DNA from: Sedimentisphaerales bacterium
GTDB lineage: Bacteria; Planctomycetota; Phycisphaerae; Sedimentisphaerales; Anaerobacaceae
Reading direction: 5' to 3'
Length of the DNA: 64,000 nucleotides
Assembly (NCBI GenBank): GCA_963708075.1
Contig: OY970194.1
Location: 4,992,001 to 5,056,000 of the forward strand
Shown here in pieces: positions 50,401 through 60,193 of the stretch; position 1 is the first letter of the stretch, and each line of letters opens with the position of its first letter. Made by a program: the position numbers and the translations under genes. The notes below the pieces were generated by a model. It ran no database searches. It was not told the origin of the DNA and saw only the letters and a list, made by a program, of their open reading frames with translations.

Positions 50401-50645
50401 GCGGGACGTGAGCGGCGGGCCTGTCGACCCAAGCGCCGGCGCAGAACTTCCAGCAGGCAAACGAGCGTACTGCCGCCGCTGCCGACCCGCTTACCGCCGG
50501 GATCGGGGACGACAATCACCTCTCGAACGTCGCCGAGCAAGCCCAGCTCGCAGCGAACGCCGAGCTGTGTCTCATACGCTCGGGCCTGCCGCTCATTCGA
50601 GGCCGTGACAATCAGGTAATCCCACGAGCGAGTTCCCGCAGGCAT
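47488..50645 (-). CDS. fkp: Bifunctional L-fucokinase / GDP-L-fucose pyrophosphorylase-like protein (apparent -1 frameshift ~49905)
   Basis: WDYLIVTAS, RVGSGGST, HAGGDSRR, HGVF, LQKP; GHMP kinase half with PARLDMGGGWTDTPP, PKGSGLGTSS, GGGWQDQ, KLLGAGGGG. Start may be at 50660 or 50666. Confidence 0.85.
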
Positions 50646-50673
50646 CTCATTTCCTTTCATCCGCAACGGCCCT

Positions 50674-50905
50674 CTTTAGGTCCTTTAGGTCCTTGAGGTC
50701 CTTTTCGTCCTTTAGGTCCTTTCTGATATCGAAGGACCTAAGAGGCTCTAACAGAATGAGCCTTGCTATGTCACCCCCGCGCAGGCGGGGGTCCAGGATC
50801 GTTCGATAGGCGGCTGGATTCCCGCCTTCGCGGGAATGACATGTGGGCGACCTTGCCATATCTTCATTGTGTTGGAGACCCTAAAAGACCTCAAGGACCT
50901 AAAGG
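50674..50905. repeat. Nonamer-arm palindrome enclosing a dRS3-like palindrome
   Basis: (TTTAGGTCC)n at 50674-50722, complementary (AAGGACCTA)-type units at 50877-50905; inner TGTCACCCCCGCGCAGGCGGGGGTCCAG..CTGGATTCCCGCCTTCGCGGGAATGACA at 50768-50842. Confidence 0.8.
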
Positions 50906-51866
50906 CTGCGATAGTAATCGATGATGCCCCGCAGAGTCTCGTTGAGGCTGGTCTTTGGCTGCCAGCCGATAGCTTCTTTGATTCGTGCGGTGCTCGGGAC
51001 GCGGCGCATCATGTCCTCGATGGGCCGGCCGTAGGCGACGACGTAGGGCACGAGCTGCTTGGCGCTGCGGCTGCCTGTCAGCTCGATAATTTTGTCCGCC
51101 AACGCTTCCATGCTGATTTCTTCCGTGGACCCGATATTGAAGACCCTGCCGGCCGCCGCCTCGCAGTCCATCAGGGCGATGATTGCGTCCACGAGGTCTT
51201 CGATGCAGCAGAAGCAGCGGGTCTGTGCGCCGGTGCCGTAAATCTGAAGAGGCTCATTCTTCAACGCCCACTGCACAAAGCGGGGTACGACCATGCCGTA
51301 GCGGCCGGTCTGCGCGGGCCGATCGTGTTGAAGAATCGTCCTGTGACGACCTGCAGGCCGTACTGCTGGTGGAACGCCTGGCCGAGGAACTCGTCGATGG
51401 CCTTGCTGCAGGCGTAGGCCCAGCGGGAAAAGGCCGTGCCGCCAAGCACGAAATCATCGTCCTCGTGGAACGGAACGTTCTCGCTCTTGCCGTACACCTC
51501 GCTGCTCGACGCCAGCAGGATCCTGCGTCCGAACTTGTTCGCCGCCTCCAGGACGATCTCTGTGCCGGCGATATTCGTCTCGATGGTGTGGACGGGTGCA
51601 TCGGCGATCAGTTGCACGCCGACCGCCGCCGCCAAGTGGAAGACGGCCTCGCACCGCGAGGTCAGCAGTTGCACCAGGGTCGAGTCCCGGATATCGCCCT
51701 TGACGAACTGCAGCCTCGGATTGGACCGGAAGGTCTCGAGATTCTTGAGACTGCCCGTGCTGAGATTGTCGAGGATGATGACCTCGGCGCCATCTGCGAG
51801 CAGCCGCTCCGCCAGATGCGAGCCGATGAACCCCGCCCCGCCCGTAATCAGTGCCGTCATACCCAT
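50899..51866 (-). CDS. NAD-dependent epimerase/dehydratase (apparent -1 frameshift ~51315)
   Basis: GGAGFIGSH, HLAAAVG, SSSEVYG, YACSK. Adding one base restores [21 protein letters not shown]. Confidence 0.92.
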
Positions 51867-51880
51867 GTGAGTCCCTTTGG

Positions 51881-51973
51881 ATTTACGATTTATGATTTAT
51901 GATTTTTGATTTGGCCACCCGATCCACGCCACGGATCATAAGTCATAAATCGCAAATCGTAAATCGTAGATCG
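51881..51973. repeat. Heptamer-arm palindrome directly upstream of the polysaccharide operon
   Basis: ATTTACG-ATTTATG-ATTTATG-ATTTTTG ... TCATAAG-TCATAAA-TCGCAAA-TCGTAAA-TCGTAGA. Confidence 0.85.
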
Positions 51974-52601
51974 CCTACGGCGCACACTCCGTGCCCGTCG
52001 GCTGCGCAAAGCAAAACAGCCTCCCTGCCGAACCCGTCGCCCTGCCTCGCCCGTCCATTCCGGCACCGCAATGCCTGCATGGACACGCCCGGCCCGGGCT
52101 CCGCCATCCGTGGACAACCATTCTTGTACAACATAAGTATCGGAAAATAAAGAACATAGCCTTAGTCAAACCCCCCGCTGAGCGAGTGATCGCCACCCTG
52201 CTGTGCCTCAATCGCCGTCCCACGACAAATCCCGATAATAGCAGCCTTTCTGTCGCCGGAACCGCCTCCATGCTGGGTCACGCAGCCAGCCCGTTTGCCA
52301 CCGGGCTCCAGGAGGATGCCTGGGCCGCTCAAGCCGGTTTCCAATGGCCGCGGCACGATCTTTATAGGATGCACTCCAGTTGTACCATCGATCCAAGCCC
52401 GGGACCTGACGGACGGAAGGGTCAGCCGCTACCAGGGCCGGGGCTTGACGCTCTTCCTCCGAGGCACAGAGACTAAGGAGATTCCTTTCCGCTTTCTCTC
52501 TGTCCTCAGTTTCACGAAATCCTGTGGGACTATGGTCCTGCGGCGGCAAAATGGGTATACTGTGATAGTTCAGAGTGGATATTCCGGCGAAATCCGGAGC
52601 G

Positions 52602-52650
52602 GAGGACCGAAGACAGAGGACAGTACCGTCATCCGTCTTCCATCCTCCGA
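52602..52650. repeat. Heptamer-arm palindrome
   Basis: GAGGACC-GAAGACA-GAGGACA ... CCGTCAT-CCGTCTT-CCATCCT. Confidence 0.6.
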
Positions 52651-52672
52651 CTGTGGGGGCATACAGACGACT

Positions 52673-53146
52673 ATGGCAAGATTCAGCCAACAGACGGCTT
52701 CTATGGAAGGCTCAACCGGCAAGACAACAGGCAGTCGCACGTGGAAAGACCCGACCGAGAACAACGACTCCTTTACTATTGAGGGCAGGCTCAAGAGCGT
52801 CCGCAATGCCGTCTATGGCGTTGGCTTGATGCTCAAGTCTCAGCACAACGCCTGGCTGCACGCCTTCGCTTCCGTGTGCATCCTCGTGACGGGAGGGCTG
52901 ATGCGCCTGTCGGCAGGGGAATGGTGCTGGATCGTCCTGGCCATCATGGCCGTCTGGACGGCCGAGGCGCTGAACACCGCGCTCGAATTCCTCGCCGATG
53001 CCGCTTCGCCGGAGTTCCATCCCCTGATCAAGAAGGCCAAGGACGTTGCCGCGGGCGGCGTGCTGATCTCGGCGCTCGGCTCCATCTGCATCGGCATCCT
53101 GGTCCTCGGCCCGCACCTGCTGGACTGGCTCACCCGCCTCCTGTGA
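52673..53146 (+). CDS. dgkA: Diacylglycerol/undecaprenol kinase family (DgkA-type)
   Basis: RLKS..NA..G, AEALNTALE, KKAKDVAAGGV, three TM helices; start 52673 or 52703. Confidence 0.85.
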   Translation: MARFSQQTASMEGSTGKTTGSRTWKDPTENNDSFTIEGRLKSVRNAVYGVGLMLKSQHNAWLHAFASVCILVTGGLMRLSAGEWCWIVLAIMAVWTAEALNTALEFLADAASPEFHPLIKKAKDVAAGGVLISALGSICIGILVLGPHLLDWLTRLL

Positions 53147-53242
53147 CCTCGCATCGCGCAGGAAACACCTCTTTCACCTCGCCAGCGGCCCGCTATAATG
53201 GCGTCTGCGAATGAGTTCCCGGCAGCCCACCGCAATATGTCC

Positions 53243-53323
53243 GTGTGGCAGCGGCAAGGCCGAAGGCTTTGCCGATGGCGGATGGGCGAACCATCGGCAA
53301 GCGTGCGCGTGCCGCTGCCACCC
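53243..53323. repeat. REPIN-like family B copy
   Basis: GTGTGGCAGCGGCAAGG..TTGCCGATGG..CCATCGGCAAGC..GTGCCGCTGCCACCC. Confidence 0.8.
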
Positions 53324-53425
53324 GTCGAAGACTTGTTTGTAGTGATGCCGTAAGGCGTTCTTCTTTCAATGCTCTTACGGGCACACTACAAACGGCCTGA
53401 TACCGAACATGTGGAGGACCCGAAG

Positions 53426-55553
53426 ATGTACTGTATCGTTGCGTCATCGAACCAATCGTCAGTCGGTTCTCAATGTCGCCGTCTCACCACTTGCGGAGTA
53501 TCGGGCTTGCTGGCCTTCGCCTGTTTGGCCGTGATGCCCACGGGCGCCGGCGCGGCGAAATCGGACGGGGACTCCCTGGCGCCGCTGAATCGGTTCCCGC
53601 GCATGGTGCAGGAGTACGTCGTCGATCATGTACGGCGGGTGGATCGGCAGGTCGATCAGCGGTACACTACGCTGGCGAGCCGGCAGGAGGCGGAGGCTTA
53701 TGTACGCGACGTGCAGGAGAAGATCCAGCGATGCTTCGGCCCGTGGCCCGAGAAGACGCCTTTGAATCCGCGCATCACTGGCGTGGTCGAACGCGATGCC
53801 TACAGGATCGAGAAGGTGATCTTCGAGAGCCGGCCGGACTTCCTCATCACGGCGAACCTGTACGTTCCCAAAGGCCGGGACTTTCCTCTGCCCGGCGTGG
53901 TTGGCACCTGCGGGCACTCCAACAACGGCAAGGCCTACCTGCAGTACCAGAGCTTCGCCCAGGGCCTCGCCCGACAGGGCTACGTCGTCCTGATCTTCGA
54001 CCCCATCGGCCAGGGCGAACGCCTGCAGTACCCGAACGAGAAGCTCGGATCGCGGATCGGCGTCGGCGTCCGCGAGCACCTCTACGGCGGCAATCAGCAA
54101 TTCCTCGTCGGCGAGTTCTTCGGCGCCTGGCGGGCCTGGGACGGCATCCGTGCCCTCGATTACCTGCTCACCCGCAAAGAGGTCGATCCGAAGCGGGTCG
54201 GCGTCACCGGCTGCTCCGGCGGCGGCACGATGACGACCTGGCTGTGCGGCGTGGATCGACGCTGGACCATGGCGGCCCCGAGTTGCTTCGTCATGACCTT
54301 CGCCCGCAACTGTGAGAATGAGCTGCCCGCCGACACGGAGCAGTGTCCGCCGAAGGCTTTGGCGCTCGGCCTGGACCAGTGTGATTTTCTGGCCGCGATG
54401 GCGCCCCAACCTATCGTCCTGCTCACAAAAGAAGGGGACTTCTTCGACATCCGCGGCAGCGAGAAAGCCTATGAGCGCCTGCGCAGGCTCTATGGACTGC
54501 TCGGCGCCGAGGACAATATCTCCATGTTCGTCGAGGCAGGCGGTCACGGCTACTCCCAGAGGAGCCGCGAGGCTATGTACCGCTGGTTCAATCGCGCCAC
54601 GCGTGTCAGCGACGCGCAGGCGGAACCGAACCTGACCATCGAGAAGGATGAGAACCCTCTGGTGTACCCCGAAGGGGCAGATCTGTGAGTTGAATTCTCG
54701 ACCGATGTGCTCCTTTACAGCGGAGAAAGCCAAGGCGCTGGCCGCGAAGCGGCCGAAGGAGTTCACCCAGGCTCAACTCCAGGCAAAGGTGCGCGAGCTG
54801 TTGCGCCTGCCGCAGGTGAATGACACGGCCGCCCCCGACTATCGGATTCTTCGCAACTGGAGCTCCCGCAAGTATCCCAAGCCGCGATGGACGAGCTACG
54901 TCATCGAAACCGAGCCCGGGATTCAGGCAGTCGTCTACAGGCTCGGCAACGAGCAGTTGGTTGCCCGGCCCCACGCCGACGGCAAGCGGGCCATCCTGTA
55001 CGTCTCGCATCTCTCCAGCGACGCAGAACTGCGCAGCGAGCCGCTGATCGCCGATCTGATCAAGGCCGATCCGGACGCCGCGGTCTACACAGTCGATGTC
55101 CGCGGCATCGGCGAATCCCGCCCCGACACCTGCGACGAGAACTCCTTCTTCGACCTCTACGGCAGCGATTACTTCTACGCGATCCACTCGATCATGCTGG
55201 ACCGGCCCTACATCGGGCAAAGGACCTTCGACGTCCTGCGGGTCCTCGACTGGCTGCGGAGCATCGGCCACGAGGACATCCATCTGGTTGGCAAAGGTTG
55301 GGGCGCCCTGCCGGTGACGTTCGCCGCCGTCGTATCGAACAACGTGCACCACGTGACACTGAAGAACGCGCTCACGTCCTACTCAGACATCGCCGAGTCG
55401 CAGGATTACGCGTGGCCGCTCTCGACGCTTGTGCCCAACGTGCTCACGTCGTTCGATCTACCTGACTGCTACCAAGCCTTGAAAGCCAAGGATCTTCGCC
55501 AGGTCGAGCCCTGGGGCCCCGATGCCAAACCGGTCACGCACGAGGAAATCTAG
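53426..55553 (+). CDS. Secreted two-domain alpha/beta-hydrolase (acetylxylan-esterase-like), apparent +1 frameshift ~54652
   Basis: GGAGG RBS; CGHS..GK, DPIGQGER, RALDYL, GCSGGG nucleophile elbow; second domain DVRGIGES. The ORFs join as IEKDETLWCTPKGQ after removing one A in GAGAACC. Confidence 0.85.
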
Positions 55554-55703
55554 CGGCTGTTCCCGGAGGCGAGACGACCCGAGCCCGAAGAGGAACCGGC
55601 CTCCGTCTGAGACCGGAATTCGCAGGATGGATCGCACTGCGGCTTGACCCTTGCCGCGGGACCCGATATGCTGATAGCAGAGATTTTGGAAGGGATTCGC
55701 ACT

Positions 55704-56192
55704 ATGCTACGTATGGCAAATCTGGTTTCTGTCAGCATACTGGCGGGGCTGCTCGCCGGTTGCACAACTGTGGAGGAGCGGCTGGAGCTCAGAAAGCCGA
55801 CGGCGCAACTGACGGGGGTACGGTTCCAGGAGGCGACTGCGCAGTCCGCGACGCTCGTGTTTGATGTGGAGATCGAGAACTACTACCCGCTGACCGTACC
55901 GCTGCTGGGCTTCAGGTACTCGGTCGCGAGCGGCGGGCAATTGTTCCTCACCGGCTCTTCCGAGGTCCGGATCAACCTGCCGGCCGAAAGTCGAAGGACC
56001 GTCGCCCTGCCTGCCCAGATCAACTACCTTGAGGCACTCAAAATCCTGGGGAACGTCAGGCCGGGCGCAACGATTCCCTACGCGGCCGCACTGGACGTGA
56101 GGGTGGAGACGCCACGCCTCGGACCGATCACGCTGCCCCTGACCCAAAAAGGTCAGCTAACGCTGCCGACGATTTCCGCAGTGATCCCATAG
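55704..56192 (+). CDS. LEA_2 / WHy-domain lipoprotein
   Basis: Lipobox LLAG-C; KP......V, F.V.IENYYP pattern. Confidence 0.8.
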   Translation: MLRMANLVSVSILAGLLAGCTTVEERLELRKPTAQLTGVRFQEATAQSATLVFDVEIENYYPLTVPLLGFRYSVASGGQLFLTGSSEVRINLPAESRRTVALPAQINYLEALKILGNVRPGATIPYAAALDVRVETPRLGPITLPLTQKGQLTLPTISAVIP

Positions 56193-56250
56193 AGGGCTCC
56201 GGCCCTGGCCTGCCATCGAGTGCCCGCGAGACTCTCGGCGGTCGTGCGCG

Positions 56251-58364
56251 TTACTGGGCTTCCTGATTGATGGATGCAACCTCAAAAGCAGTGGTCCGCA
56301 GGGCATCGGCGGGGTTGCCGTCGTCGTCCATCAGGGGCAGACCAAAGTCATCGACGATTGCCGGGCAATGGAGGCGAAGCTCGTAGGTACCCGCAGGCAG
56401 TAGGGCCGGCAGAGCCAGCAGTACGGCCCGGCGCGAATCGGCTTGCAGCAGCATCGCATTTTGCATGTCCACCGCGTCTGAGGCGCCCACCAGTTCGATG
56501 TCCTGCGTGGTGATGGTGACGGCCTCACTGAACTTGAGAAAGATCGCCGATACCGCCGTGAGCGGAGTCTCGTCGTCGCCTATGATGACGGCGTCGACGC
56601 GGGGGCCGTTGTAGAGTTGGCCGTGAGCCTCCAGTTCGAGGATGGTCGTGAATCGTTTCGATCCGCCGGGCGTGCCGATGATGCGCACCGCTTGACCGAC
56701 CACGGGCTCGAAGGTGAACGTGATCGTCTGGTACGTCCGGAAGCGGTCCGGCGCGGGCGACATTTGCACACCGGCCGGCTCCACATACACGCCGTTGCGC
56801 AGGACCTGAACGATGAGGTCCTTGAAGAAGCCGCCGAGGGACTCATCGTCCGCGTAGTACTCGTTGATCTTACTCCAGACGATGTCGCCCTCGTGGAAGG
56901 TCACGCCGGCAAAGCGGACCGGCCGGGAGAAGGCCAGCTCATACCAGTCCTTTTCCGGTCGGATCGTCGAATCGGCAACGTAGGTGTAGTAGGGTCTGTG
57001 GCCGTTCATGGAGTTGTCCGTCACGCCATCCATAATCGAGTCGAGGTGATACCTGTCGCGGCTTGGATCGGATCGCTCGACGGAGGCATGCGGCGTGACT
57101 GCAATGCCGGCGGCGATTGCTTCACCGGCAAGGCCGGCCGGTCCATTCGGATCGGCCTCGCCGGGCTCGACCGGCGCCATATTGCACTCGGGAATCATGT
57201 AAGAGCTCGTGGAGCCCTCGCTGACGATGGAGCCCCCGTTGCGGAGAATGTTCTCCTCGGCCAATGCCCGCACGGCCAGTGCGATATCCGTGATGGTTGT
57301 GGACTGGGGCAGCGTCGCCGCCGGGTCGGGCAATCCCGGCCGCGAGACGTTCATGTAGACATCGCCGCAGGTATTCGGGTCGGTCAGGTCGGCAGGCAAG
57401 CCGCTGACGCCGTGGATGATGCCGAGCAGCCCACCGGCCGTGGCGGGATTGCAGTCACTGTCCCAGCCCGCCAGCACAGCGATCTGCACCGTCTGCTTGA
57501 AATCACCTTCGCCGTAGAGCAGCGCCAGGACTGTGGCGCCCATATTGATCGTGGACTCCGTCCAATTGTAGTAGCGGCCGAAGCTCTGCGCCCCTGGTAC
57601 CTGTCGTAGAGCCGGCGTCGCGTGGCCCGCCAATCCAGGCTGCCGTCTGACAGATCCTCCGTGTACCAATCGAGCACGTCCGAGATCACCTGTGCGGTCC
57701 GGCTGCCCACCGGGATTGCCTCAAGGCCCCTGTGGGCAAGCTCCACCACGTTGGGCTCGAAGAAGGCCTCCGCGTACATGGCGGCGCAAAACTCGGCTGC
57801 ATGGACGGCGAACCCATCGTTCGTGATTCGCCCGAATCGGCCCGCCAGCTCAACAGCCGCCTGCGGCAAGCCCGGCGAGACCGCCCCGAGGACCTCCGTG
57901 CCGATCCGGGCGTCGATGGAGTACCAGTGCTCGTTGTATGTCCGGCTGCCCGTTTGTGGAGGCAGATGACCCTCCAGCATCAGCCGCCAGGCCTGTTTGT
58001 TGGCGATGTAGATGCCGGCATCCGTCACGTGGTCGAGCCACTGCTCCGCGATCTCGCATGAGTTGCAGTCGAAGCCGTATGTCTGCAGGATGTGCAGGGC
58101 GACGTACTCGATGTCGGTGTCGTCGTCGGCATCCCAGACCTGCCGGATCTGCCAGGGGACCGCCTCGTTCGGGTCGGGCTCAGAGCCACTGTAGCGACCT
58201 TCCGTTTCTCGCCCGGCCATGTTGCCGATGAGCTGGCCAAGCCACATCCCGCGCAACCGGTCCAGCAGCTCGTCGCCGGGGATCATCCGCTCAGCCCTCG
58301 CCGGAACGCCGAACGAGCACATAGTCAAAGACACAAGGATCAGCAGCAAACGCCTGTCCTGCAA
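56251..58364 (-). CDS. Secreted ADP-ribosylglycohydrolase-family protein with C-terminal beta-sandwich domains (apparent -1 frameshift ~57590)
   Basis: Sec signal, RLRGMWLGQ.IGN, DDDTDIE, LLYGEGDF, GWDSDCNPATAGG; discoidin-like and Ig-like tail. Confidence 0.8.
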
Positions 58365-58483
58365 GCATCACCCCCTGTTCCATATTCTCATATTGTCCAT
58401 TCTATCTTCATCGGCCAGGATCTCAGGGCACTTTCTTGTCCGGTGGGCAGGAAAGAAGTCTATGGCCATGGCAGCTTCCTGGA

Positions 58484-58568
58484 GAAAGGACGCAAAGGAC
58501 AAAAGGGACCAAAACGACGAGTACCCTTTGATCCTTTAGGTCCTTGAGGTCATTTAGGTCCTTTTCTT
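58484..58568. repeat. Nonamer-arm palindrome
   Basis: AAGGACGCA-AAGGACAAA-AGGGACCAA-AACGAC ... CCTTTAGGT-CCTTGAGGT-CATTTAGGT-CCTTT. Confidence 0.8.
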
Positions 58569-58653
58569 TCGGTGCCGTTCGGCTATAGTTGACCCGGTAG
58601 ATTGATGTTAGCAAAGCAATGTTGTCTGATAGTTCACAGAAAACAGAGGTGCC

Positions 58654-59493
58654 GTGATGGTGCGGCTGGGCAGGCTGGTGCGGTTTTCGGTCGATCCGTT
58701 CCTGGACCCGGACGTCGAAGGCGCGAATTCCTACGCGTCGAAGCCGGCGGGCGAGGGGCTGGCGCTGTACCTGGAGCTGGCCATCGAGCTGATCGGGCCG
58801 ATTGCGCCGCAAACCGGGCTGCTCCTGAACGTCGCCGACATCGACCGGATCGCCCGGCGATTCGCCGTGCCGGTGTTCGCCGTGGCGGTTAACCGGCGCC
58901 TGCGGCGCGGCGAGCACATCAGCCTCGCCACCGTTGCGGAGATTCTACAGCAGGTCCACGAGCACCTCGACGGCCGCTTCCCCGGCGCCCAGGTGGACAG
59001 GCTCGCTCTCAAGCTTAACCCATACAGGATACTTGCGATGGATACGAAAGAACCAGGCATCGTATATTTCAGCGAGAAGTTCGAGTTCGCCGCCACGCAC
59101 AAGCTGTGGAACGACAGCTTCTCCGATGAGCAGAACCTGGAGACGTTCGGCAAATGCGCCAACCCAAGCGGCCACGGGCACAACTACCTCGTCGAGGTCA
59201 CGATCAAGATGCCCGCCGGATCGCTTCCCAACGCGGCGCAGACACCCAATCCGGCGTCGATGCGAATCGGTCGGTTCGAGCAGATCGTCGATGCCCGCCT
59301 GATGCAACTGCTCGACCACAAGAATCTCAACCTCGATGTGTCCGCATTCCACAAGACGACGCCCACGGTCGAGAATCTCGCGACGTTCGCCTGGCAGCGT
59401 CTCGCCTGGCAGTTCGACCCGGCCCGGCTCCACTGCGTCACCGTTTGGGAGTCCGACCGCACCTGGTGCTCCTACTACGGCCCACAGGAATGA
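58654..59493 (+). CDS. Double-domain 6-pyruvoyl/6-carboxy-tetrahydropterin synthase (PTPS/QueD family)
   Basis: F.A.H.L, FGKCANPSGHGHNY, LDHKNLN, PTVEN, WES; N-terminal T-fold copy lacks the His motif. Confidence 0.85.
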   Translation: MMVRLGRLVRFSVDPFLDPDVEGANSYASKPAGEGLALYLELAIELIGPIAPQTGLLLNVADIDRIARRFAVPVFAVAVNRRLRRGEHISLATVAEILQQVHEHLDGRFPGAQVDRLALKLNPYRILAMDTKEPGIVYFSEKFEFAATHKLWNDSFSDEQNLETFGKCANPSGHGHNYLVEVTIKMPAGSLPNAAQTPNPASMRIGRFEQIVDARLMQLLDHKNLNLDVSAFHKTTPTVENLATFAWQRLAWQFDPARLHCVTVWESDRTWCSYYGPQE

Positions 59494-59554
59494 TGGTCAG
59501 CGACTGCGGCCGGACGGCACAGCGCGCATGGCCGGCGCCGGATTCCGCACCAGG

Positions 59555-60104
59555 TCAGATGGAGACGCGATCGAAGGCGATCCCGGTGTGATCGGGGCCG
59601 GTGAAGTGAGCATAGTAGAGCCTCGATCTGCAGGCCGAGATGGGCCAGGAGACGGCCAAAGACAGCGCCGACAAGCCCCATGTCTCCGCGGGGCCGGTGG
59701 TTCTCACCGTCCCCATGATCGCGGAGGAACGCCGGAATCTTTTCTGCGAGCATCCTGTAGTAGGCGCAGTCTTCGTGGTTGATCAGCACGACTCGCTTGA
59801 TGGACGGGTAGTTTCTGCGAAAGAGCTCGAAGCGTTCCCGCATGAACTTGAATTCTTTCGGCAGCCGCTCCGGGTGGGCCAGCACGCCGGCGCCGCCCGC
59901 GACAACGAGGGGGATAAATTGGCCTTTCGTTAGTCCAAGCTCCCTCTCGATGAACTGGTCGAACGCCACCTGGAAGCGCGGCGCGCTGCAATACACGACC
60001 ACGGCCTGCGGCGTAACCTCCGGCATGGCCTCGTACACGTGCGGCCCATCCGCTGAGTCCGACGTGACTTCGTACGGGTTCGTCGTATCCGCCAGTTCCG
60101 TCAT
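59555..60104 (-). CDS. Beta-carbonic-anhydrase-like small protein (apparent +1 frameshift ~59620)
   Basis: VVYCSAPRF, AGG, INHEDCAYY. Removing one G in GAGGCTC gives the natural tail IELYYAHFT..AFDRVSI*. Confidence 0.6.
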
Positions 60105-60193
60105 GTCAATTCCCTTCACATGGATTGCGACCGGCCTCTTTGAAGTGCACGATGCCACCCGTTGATCCATCATGTCACGACTATGTCAGCACC

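Noticed and set aside
50647..50859. KDLKDEKDLKDLK ORF (and similar at 58092-58547) as real proteins
   Set aside because: They are translations of the nonamer repeat arrays in intergenic DNA.
51974..52600. Possible riboswitch or ncRNA in the long intergenic region upstream of the polysaccharide operon
   Set aside because: Local hairpins exist (e.g. ~52395-52447) but I could not match any known riboswitch or ops/JUMPstart consensus; an Infernal/Rfam scan would settle it.
59699..59705. Other GAGAACC occurrences (here, ~9600, ~13624, ~39860) as further frameshifts
   Set aside because: Reading frames and protein sequence continue normally through them.
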